64,000 nucleotides of DNA from Macrostomum hystrix. Lineage: Eukaryota; Animalia; Platyhelminthes. The translations under genes were made by a program, and so were the position numbers. The stretch covers positions 4,898,001 to 4,962,000 of the forward strand of contig CATNEN010000039.1 in assembly GCA_950097015.1 (NCBI GenBank), given 5' to 3'. This document shows positions 25,824 through 35,500 of the stretch, in pieces. Positions within the stretch are counted from its first letter, which is position 1. Every line of letters begins with the position of its first letter. The notes beneath the pieces are model-generated. The model was not told where the DNA came from. It searched no databases and was given only the letters and a program-made list of their open reading frames with translations.

Positions 25824-26660
25824 TGGGAAGGCTGAGGGTTAGTCAGTTAGTTAGTCAGTTAAGTGACAGGGAAGGCTGAGGGTTAGTCAGTTAGTTAGTC
25901 AGTTAAGTGACAGGGAAGGCTGAGGGTTAGTCAGTTAGTTAGTCAGTTAAGTGACTGGGAAGGCTGAGGGTTAGTCAGTTAGTTAGTCAGTTAAGTGACT
26001 GGGAAGGCTGAGGGTTAGTCAGTTAGTTAGTCAGTTAAGTGACAGGGAAGGCTGAGGGTTAGTCAGTTAGTTAGTCAGTTAAGTGACTGGGAAGGCTGAG
26101 GGTTAGTCAGTTAGTTAGTCAGTTAAGTGACTGGGAAGGCTGAGGGTTAGTCAGTTAGTTAGTCAGTTAAGTGACAGGGAAGGCTGAGGGTTAGTCAGTT
26201 AGTTAGTCAGTTAAATGACAGGGAAGGCTGAGGGTTAGTCAGTTAGTTAGTCAGTTAAGTGACAGGGAAGGCTGAGGGTTAGTCAGTTAGTTAGTCAGTT
26301 AAGTGACAGGGAAGGCTGAGGGTTAGTCAGTTAGTTAGTCAGTTAAGTGACAGGGAAGGCTGAGGGTTAGTCAGTTAGTTAGTCAGTTAAGTGACAGGGA
26401 AGGCTGAGGGTTAGTCAGTTAGTTAGTCAGTTAAGTGACAGGGAAGGCTGAGGGTTAGTCAGTTAGTTAGTCAGTTAAGTGACAGGGAAGGCTGAGGGTT
26501 AGTCAGTTAGTTAGTCAGTTAAGTGACAGGGAAGGCTGAGGGTTAGTCAGTTAGTTAGTCAGTTAAGTGACAGGGAAGGCTGAGGGTTAGTCAGTTAGTT
26601 AGTCAGTTAAGTGACAGGGAAGGCTGAGGGTTAGTCAGTTAGTTAGTCAGTTAAGTGACT
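25824..26660 (+). repeat. 44-bp minisatellite (gggaaggctgagggttagtcagttagttagtcagttaagtgaca), about 19 copies
   Basis: Period 44 (25921 to 26581 is 15 units). Confidence 0.96.
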
Positions 26661-28055
26661 GGGGAGACTGGAGGTTTAAGTGACAGGGGAGACTGGAGGT
26701 TTAAGTGACAGGGGAGATGTGGGTTTAAGTGACAGGGGAGACTGGATGTTTAAGTGACAGGGGAGACTGGAGGTTTAAGTGACAGGGGAGACTGGAGGTT
26801 TAAGTGACAGGGGAGACTGGAGGTTTAAGTGACAGGGGAGACTGGATGTTTAAGTGACAGGGGAGACTGGATGTTTAAGTGACAGGGGAGACTGGAGGTT
26901 TAAGTGACAGGGGAGACTGGATGTTTAAGTGACAGGGGAGACTGGAGGTTTAAGGGACAGGGGAGACTGGAGGTTTAAGTGACAGGGGAGATGTGGGTTT
27001 AAGTGACAGGGGAGACTGGAGGTTTAAGTGACAGGGGAGACTGGATGTTTAAGTGACAGGGGAGACTGGAGGTTTAAGTGACAGGGGATATGTGGGTTTA
27101 AGTGACAGGGGAGACTGGAGGTTTAAGTGACAGGGGAGACTGGAGGTTTAAGTGACAGGGGAGATGTGGGTTTAAGTGACAGGGGAGACTGGAGGTTTAA
27201 GTGACAGGGGAGACTGGAGGTTTAAGTGACAGGGGAGACTGGAGGTTTAAGTGACAGGGGAGACTGGAGGTTTAAGTGACAGGGGAGATGTGGGTTTAAG
27301 TGACAGGGGAGACTGGATGTTTAAGTGACAGGGGAGACTGGAGGTTTAAGTGACAGGGGAGACTGGATGTTTAAGTGACAGGGGAGACTGGAGGTTTAAG
27401 TGACAGGGGAGACTGGAGGTTTAAGTGACAGGGGAGACTGGATGTTTAAGTGACAGGGTAGACTGGAGGTTTAAGTGACAGGGGAGACTGGATGTTTAAG
27501 TGACAGGGGAGACTGGAGGTTTAAGTGACAGGGGAGATGTGGGTTTAAGTGACAGGGGAGACTGGAGGTTTAAGTGACAGGGGAGACTGGAGGTTTAAGT
27601 GACAGGGGAGACTGGAGGTTTAAGTGACAGGGGAGACTGGAGGTTTAAGTGACAGGGGAGACTGGAGGTTTAAGTGACAGGGGAGACTGGAGGTTTAAGT
27701 GACAGGGGAGACTGGAGGTTTAAGTGACAGGGGAGACTGGAGGTTTAAGTGACAGGGGAGACTGGAGGTTTAAGTGACAGGGGAGACTGGAGGTTTAAGT
27801 GACAGGGGAGACTGGAGGTTTAAGTGACAGGGGAGACTGGAGGTTTAAGTGACAGGGGAGACTGGAGGTTTAAGTGACAGGGGAGACTGGAGGTTTAAGT
27901 GACAGGGGAGACTGGAGGTTTAAGTGACAGGGGAGACTGGAGGTTTAAGTGACAGGGGAGACTGGAGGTTTAAGTGACAGGGGAGACTGGAGGTTTAAGT
28001 GACAGGGGAGACTGGAGGTTTAAGTGACAGGGGAGACTGGAGGTTTAAGTGACAG
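26661..28055 (+). repeat. 25-bp minisatellite (ggggagactggaggtttaagtgaca), about 56 copies
   Basis: Direct tandem copies; shares ttaagtgacaggg with the adjacent 44-bp array. Confidence 0.96.
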
Positions 28056-28574
28056 TGAAGAGCAGACTCATTACTCATATGATTTACAAGAAAAGGTTCA
28101 GTTTTCTGTGAGAATTAGTCTGTGTGACTGTGACATTCAGAAATGAGGGAAAGTTGCGTTTAAGAACTTAGTGTCAAATCAAAAGTGGTTTTAGAATCGG
28201 GCTGAGCTAATTTTAGTATAGTGGATTAGTCTATATTTAGGTGAGCGGGTCTTCCCCAGAAAGCTTTTGAGACACAATGCAAGGTGAACTGTGGCAGATA
28301 GCATGGTCTATTAGGCTGCCTGTGTGATCTGAAGGCTGCTTTTGAGTGCTAAAATAAATAATAATAAGTCACATGCCCGCAAGTTTCTGAACTGTATCTG
28401 TGGTTCGCACGTTAATCAAACACCAGAAGCTACAATGCAATCTAGAAACCTCCATTCGTACCGCTGTGTCCATGAATAGTAACCTCTGCTTTGGCCATAG
28501 TAGGGTCTCCACCGTCCTTCCTTCTATAGCCAACACTGCGCGAGCGAATGAGTGTACAGTACAGTTAGAAAGCG

Positions 28575-28647
28575 CACGTGACTATCGCCAGTTCAACTCT
28601 CATTGGTTGGTGAAAAAAAATAGTTGAAAAATTGCCCGGCTATAAAA
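28575..28647 (+). promoter_or_regulatory. Putative core promoter of the ETS gene: E-box CACGTG (28575), reverse CCAAT (28602), TATAAAA (28641)
   Basis: Motifs in canonical order about 130-200 bp upstream of the ATG at 28774. Confidence 0.5.
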
Positions 28648-28773
28648 AGCTGGCAAGCGAAATGAATTTTAGGTTTCATTATTTTAGAGGCGAATTGATA
28701 AGTTAGATAGTTGTTAAACATCTTTAGTTCTGAACAGGTTATTGACAATCAACAATCGTGACAGGATAGCGAC

Positions 28774-30759
28774 ATGGAGTGCGAGAATGATTTCATCCAG
28801 GAATTGCTGAACGAGACGAATTATCAGTTCCAGCAGCAGCAGACACAGCCAGCCGTGTTCTCAGCCATAGAGACCGACTGCCTAGGCAACTACAGCTGCG
28901 ACAGTGGCTACCATCGGCTGAGAGTGTCCGTGCCAGACACTGCAGCCATGCAGCTGGGCTGCCGCAATTCAAACCGATTCGTCACGGATGCAAAAAATCT
29001 AGCTGCGGTAAGTCAAGAAAATACTGACTATTTTTTCCTAGGGTAGGCAGTCCACTGTCGAGACAGCTGCTAGATTGTCTATGGGAGACAGCGGCTAGAT
29101 TGTCTATGGGAGACAGCGGCTAGATTGTCTATGGGAGACAGCGGCTAGATTGTCTATGGGAGACAGCGGCTAGATTGTCTATGGGAGACAGCGGCTAGAT
29201 TGTCTATGGGAGACAGCGGCTAGATTGTCTATGGGAGACAGCTGCTAGATTGTCTATGGGAGACAGCGGCTAGATTGTCTATGGGAGACATTGCGTAGAT
29301 CACTGATGAAGCTGGACCATTGCACAGCGGAGAAAGGCAGTCGCAAACCTATTTATTTTTTTGCAGCCCGTTGACGACCTGAGCGGCCTGGACACCTGGG
29401 ACTTCGCCGTGATGCGCTGCGAATTTGGCGACCTCCAGTCTTACGATAGCGCCGCCCTCATCGATTTGTACAAACTGGCCGCAAGCGAAGCGGCCATGGA
29501 GTTCATCGACTTGACGGGCGAAGATGAGAAGCAGCAGCAACAGCGAAGTCGGTCTGATTCAGGCTATTCCACCGGGTCTATCAGGCAGCAACAGCAACAG
29601 CAACAGCAGCACCAACTGCTAGCCTCCACAGCAGGCTGGTGTCACAGCCCCGCCTGCCTCAGCTGCGCCAGCAGCAGCGACGCTGGCGTCGACAGTCCGA
29701 CGTCGTCTCTGCTTGCGTCGCCGACTCCGCCTTTGCCAACGCATTCGCAGCCACCAGCCTTGCAGCAGCAGCAGCAGCAGTGGTGCCTGTCAAAGCGAGC
29801 AAGATCTGTGACAAGTTTCACAATATCTGAAGCTCACAGCGGTGTGAGAAAGAGGGCCAGGAAACAGCGAGCCAGTGAGTGCTCTCGAGTTGCATATTTT
29901 GGGATATGAAAAACCTTAGATTATAACTGTCGGCGTTTTAAGAACTATGGATTTTGAAATCTCTGATTTAGAGCTATGCGTTATTTAGGGATCTTGGAAT
30001 TTGGGAAGTTGAGAGGATTTAGGAATGTGGGGGATTCAGGAATGTGGGGGATTTAAGAATTTGGGGGATTTGGGAATGTGGGGGATTGAGGAATGTGGGG
30101 GATTGAGGAATGTGGGGGATTTAGGAATGTGGGGGATTGAGGAATGTGGGGGATTTAGGAATGTGGGGGATTTAGGAATGTGGGGGATTTAGGAATGTGG
30201 GGGATTTAGGAATGTGGGTGATTTAGGAATGTGGGGGATTCAGGAATGTGTGGGATTTAAGAATTTGGGGGATTTGGGAATGTGGGGGATTTGGGAATGT
30301 GGGGGATTCAGGAATGTGTGGGATTTAAGAATTTGGGGGATTTAGGAATGTGGGGGATTTAGGAATGTGGGGGATTCAGGAATGTGGGGCATTCACGATT
30401 ACATTGCTAAATCAAATTGGCAAAACGAAACTCCGCTTTGCTCACCCGCAGAACCCAGCAAGTGCCGCCAGCTGCAGCTGTGGCAGTTTCTCTATCAACA
30501 ACTCGACGCTCCGACCGACATCGCCGGCCTGCCGGCGCCCAGCCTTCGCTGGGAGAATCGGCAGGAGGGAGTTTTTCGAATTTCGAATCCAACCGGCTTA
30601 GCCGAAGCCTGGGGAAGTCACAGGCGACGGGAGAACATGACATACGAAAAGATGTCCCGTACGCTGAGGTACTACTATGACAGGCGGCTCATCACCAAGG
30701 TGACAGGCAAGCAGCACACCTACAGGTTTCACTACGACCAATTCCCTGAACAGATCTAA
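28774..30759 (+). CDS. ETS-domain transcription factor (C-terminal ETS domain, polyQ/Ser-rich N-terminus, no PNT domain evident), about 349 aa. Exons 28774-29007, 29367-29874, 30452-30759
   Basis: ETS signature LQLWQFL...LRWENRQEGVFRI...LAEAWG...NMTYEKMSRTLRYYY...YRF. Splicing is phase-consistent (1050 nt). Confidence 0.92.
29060..29290 (+). repeat. Intronic 25-bp minisatellite (gggagacagcggctagattgtctat)
   Basis: About 9 copies. Confidence 0.93.
30015..30390 (+). repeat. Intronic 17-bp G-rich minisatellite (aggaatgtgggggattt)
   Basis: About 22 copies. Confidence 0.92.
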
Positions 30760-31796
30760 CTCAATATCAGTTAGCCAACTGTACTTAGCTAACCTTCCAT
30801 TGGTGTCGGTTCAGAGTTAATCGAGATAAATTGCCTACTATCCTACTCATTAAGTAGTTAGCATACAGAAAAATGATACTTTAATACTCTAATTCACGGC
30901 ACCACTCTGAACCGGTGTTAATTGAGGGCCGCATTTTCCTAGCAAACTGCAACTCGCCGCTTTGTCAACCTATTTTTTTGCCTGTCAGATCAGTATCTTT
31001 GTTTCTAGCTGTACTTTTGTAAAGCAAGTTTTGTATTTATCAACATTTTCCTCTTATTTTCGACTCCGAATGAGCAAAAAGAGCGTTTCGGTAAAACAAA
31101 ATTCAGACTAATTTGCTCGATGATTATTTTTTAACTGCTATTATTTGTGCACTGAATGATCCGACTGACACAGCTGATGTTAATCATCCTGTGTCTAATA
31201 GAACACCCACTCACACACGCACTCCTCTGCTTCAAGTAGCACATACCGATTGATTGCGTCAGCCATATCATATATTAGAATATTCCATCCACCTTTTTCC
31301 TATCATTCTTTTAATATTATTTTTTGTTTTCTTTGTTTAAATGCTCGACTGCGAGGGACTCAAACTGAAATGTCATCGAGAATGGAGTCCCCGCTAACAT
31401 GAGACACGGCAATGTGCCTTTTGTGCTAAAACTGTTTTCCTCTCAAGCTGGGAAATGCGCGCACTACTCTACTTTAGCTGGCTGTTAAGTAGTATGAATT
31501 GTACCGCCGCTTGCTTCAACACGCGAGAAAGAGGCTGTTCTTCAGTTCTCGGTATTTGTCCAGAATCAGAGAGTGCAGGTGCTGACCTACCAACAACCCC
31601 GCTAATTTTCATTGCTCGGTGCTTTTACATAATTTATACATGAGATTATACATAGCCATGTGACATTTGCGTTAAAAAGCAGAATAGTTGACAAAGCCGT
31701 TTTTAGGCTGCGGATATAATCGATAATTCAAACTGACTTAGTTGGTTTTCCATTTTTTATGACTTTCAAGCAGACATTTTTTATCATTTAAAATTC

Positions 31797-32361
31797 CTGT
31801 CTACTTCTCACCTATCTACTAATCCTTGAGTCTACTTCTCACCCATCTACCAATGCCGGAGTCTACTTCTCACCCATCTACCAATGCCAGAGTCTACTTC
31901 TCACCCATCTACCAATGCCTGTGTCTACTTCTCACCCATCTACCAATCCCGGAGTCTAATTCTCACCCATCTACCAATGCCTGTGTCTACTTCTCACCCA
32001 TCTACCAATGCCTGTGTCTACTTCTCACCCATCTACCAATGCCTGAGTCTACGTCTCACCCATCTACCAATGCCGGAGTCTACTTCTCACCTATCTACTA
32101 ATCCTTGAGTCTACTTCTCACCTATCTACCAATGCCGGAGTCTACTTCTCACCCATCTACCAATGCCTGTGTCTACTTCTCACCCATCTACCAATGCCTG
32201 AGTCTACGTCTCACCCATCTACCAATGCCGGAGTCTACTTCTCACCTATCTACTAATCCTTGAGTCTACTTCTCACCTATCTACCAATGCCGGAGTCTAC
32301 TTCTCACCTATCTACCAATCCCGGAGTCTACTTCTCACCCATCTACCAATGCCTGAGTCTA
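31797..32361 (+). repeat. ~31-bp minisatellite (gtctacttctcacccatctaccaatgcctga)
   Basis: About 18 copies. Confidence 0.93.
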
Positions 32362-32537
32362 ATTATGACCGATGGGCTTGAAGCCTGCAGCCTATCTCTC
32401 TTCCTTAAACTATTCGCAACTCTGGCAAAAAGCACATTAAAAACAATAACAAACGGTAAACGGAAAAAACAAAAATAAATAGCTGATCAGTTGTGATATT
32501 TTAGTCAATAGTTCTCGGTTTCCAATCAGAACTGTGC

Positions 32538-35500
32538 TCACGGGAGCCATGAAGGCGATAGTTGGGAATTTCTCTCCTGAGGTTTTCCCGTGGAAATGAC
32601 CGAGACAGCGCAACCGAATGCCGTGTCTGCGCACATGAGCTCGACCTGGAAATTTGGGATTTGGGGAATGAAATATTTACTTTGAATAGAAACAACACGT
32701 ACAACAACAAAGAAACAACAATGTCTCAGAGATCCCATTGTCTCGGAGATCCCATTGTCTGAGAGATCCCATTGTCTGAGGATCCGATTGTCTCAGAGAT
32801 CCCATTGTCTCAGAGATCCCATTGTCTCAGAGATCCCATTGTCTCAGAGATCCCATTGTCTCAGAGATCCCATTGTCTCAGAAATCCCATTGTCTCAGAG
32901 ATCCCATTGTCTCAGAGATCCCATTGTCTCAGAGATCCCATTGTCTCAGAGATCCCATTGTCTCAGAGATCCCATTGTCTCAGAGATCCCATTGTCTCAG
33001 AGATCCCATTGTCTCAGAGATCCCATTGTCTCAGAGATCCCATTGTCTCAGAGATCCCATTGTCTCAGAGATCCCATTGTCTCAGAGATCCCATTGTCTC
33101 AGAGATCCCATTGTCTCAGAGATCCCATTGTCTCAGAGATCCTATTGTCTCAAATGGATCCCATTGTCTGAGGGATCCAATTGTCTCGGAGATCCTTTTG
33201 TCTCAGAGATCCCATTGTCTCAGAGATCCTTTTGTCTCAGAGATCCCATTGTCTCAGAGATCCCATTGTCTCGGAGATCGCATTGTCTCGGAGATCCGAT
33301 TTTCTGAGGGATCCCATTGTATGAGGGATCCCATTGTATCAGAGATCCCATTGTCTGAGGGATCCCATAGTCTCAGAGATCCATTTGTCTCGCAGCACCA
33401 CCTTGCACGCAGTCGTTGCCGAAGTCGTTCGCCTGATCAGAGCCTCGATCTCGAGGGTCAGCGAACTCCGCAGGCCCCTGAGGTTGAACAAAGAACCGCT
33501 GAAGGCCACGATAAGCACATCGGGTAGGGCCTTGCCGTAGATTCGCTGTGCAATGGCCATGATGGCTGCGGCCAGCATCCCGGAGGTCCGGCGGACAATG
33601 GCGTGACAGATGCGCTCGAGGATGTCGGCGTCACTGTTCAGGACAAGCCTTTTCTGGCTTGGATCCAGGACAAACTGTGGGATTTTCGTTGAGCATGGAG
33701 GATGAGAATTTGGAGTCAGGAGCTGGGGTTGGGTCAGGAGGTAGGGTTGGGTCAGGAGGTAGGGTTGGGTCAGGAGCTAGGGTTGGGTCAGGAGTTAGGG
33801 TTGGGTCAGGAGTTAGGGTTGGGTCAGGAGGTAGGGTTGGGTCAGGAGCTAGGGTTGGGTCAGGAGTTAGGGTTGGGTCAGGAGGTAGGGTTGGGTCAGG
33901 AGCTAGGGTTGGGTCAGGAGTTAGGGTTGGGTCAGGAGGTAGGGTTGGGTCAGGAGGTAGGGTTGGGTCAGGAGTTAGGGTTGGGTCAGGAGTTAGGGTT
34001 GGGTCAGGAGGTAGGGTTGGGTCAGGAGTTTGGGTTGGGTCAGGAGCTAGGGTTGGGTCAGGAGTTTGGGCTGGGTCAGGAGTTATGGTTGAGTCAGGAG
34101 GTAGGGTTGGGTCAGGAGGTAGGGTTGGGTCAGGAGGTAGGGTTGGGTCAGGAGTTAGGGCTGGGTCAGGAGTTATGGTTGGGTCAGGAGGTAGGGTTGG
34201 GTCAGGAGCTAGGGTTGGGTCAGGAGTTAGGGCTGGGTCAGGAGTTATGGTTGAGTCAGGAGGTAGGGTTGGGTCAGGAGGTAGGGTTGGGTCAGGAGGT
34301 AGGGTTGGGTCAGGAGTTAGGGCTGGGTCAGGAGTTATGGTTGGGTCAGGAGGTAGGGTTGGGTCAGGAGGTAGGGTTGGGTCAGGAGGTAGGGTTGGGT
34401 CAGGAGCTAGGGTTGGGTCAGGAGTTAGGGTTGGGTCAGGAGTTAGGGTTGGGTCAGGAGCTAGGGTTGGGTCAGGAGTTAGGGCTGGGTCAGGAGTTAT
34501 GGTTGAGTCAGGAGGTAGGGTTGGGTCAGGAGGTAGGGTTGGGTCAGGAGGTAGGGTTGGGTCAGGAGTTAGGGCTGGGTCAGGAGTTATGGTTGGGTCA
34601 GGAGGTAGGGTTGGGTCAGGAGCTAGGGTTGGGTCAGGAGTTAGGGCTGGGTCAGGAGTTATGGTTGAGTCAGGAGGTAGGGTTGGGTCAGGAGGTAGGG
34701 TTGGGTCAGGAGGTAGGGTTGGGTCAGGAGTTAGGGCTGGGTCAGGAGTTATGGTTGGGTCAGGAGGTAGGGTTGGGTCAGGAGGTAGGGTTGGGTCAGG
34801 AGTTAGGGTTGGGTCAGGGGCACACCTGCAGTTGAGCTGTGAAGTCCGGATCGGCTTCGCTCTTGTCCTGCTGACTTCTGTCGCAGATTTTGAATAGCTC
34901 GAAGCAGTTGGACACGGACACAGTGTCAGGGAAGTTTTCACTGAGAGCGCCGAGTGACTTGAGCATGACAACGCTGCTCTTCAGATGCTGGAAGTACCAG
35001 TTGCCAGATGACAGGCACTCCCATCGCAGATTCCGCGCGGCATCCGCCTCCAGCACCTTCCTGTCCACATTATTGATGAAGTCGTCAAGTTCGCCGTTCG
35101 GGCCGAAGTTGGCGCCTAGCTCCGGATTCACCACCACGCAGTTGCCGGTGCCGCGCGGGGATCTCAGCAGGAGGCGTCTGTCAGCCGTGCACGTGTCCAG
35201 AAAGTCCTGGTCGGTTTCTAAGAAAGCGATGTTGGCACCGCTGCGAGTAGACACCACGCCAATTGAACAGTCGACAATCTGAGACCCGGAATTCCTGATT
35301 GACAGTGATTGCATCCCGAAGAGAACAGTGCTCACACTGTCGTTCAGCACTGTCACGATCTTTATGTTGAGGCCTAGCTCGTCAAACGCGTTCTGCGGGA
35401 CCGGGATCTCATGAGCTGAGATGGGTATGAGCTGAGGATGGGTATGAGCTGAGGATGGGTATGAGCTGAGGATGGGTATGAGCTGAGGATGGGTATGAGC

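Noticed and set aside
33713-34817. Interstitial telomere (TTAGGG words)
   Set aside because: TTAGGG occurs only once within some 18-bp units and never as tandem hexamers.
33631-34971. Long PDPTL-repeat and GSGGRV-repeat ORFs (446, 412 and 377 aa)
   Set aside because: These are translations of an 18-bp intronic minisatellite. Flanking GT/AG sites give an in-frame hexokinase-like splice that removes it.
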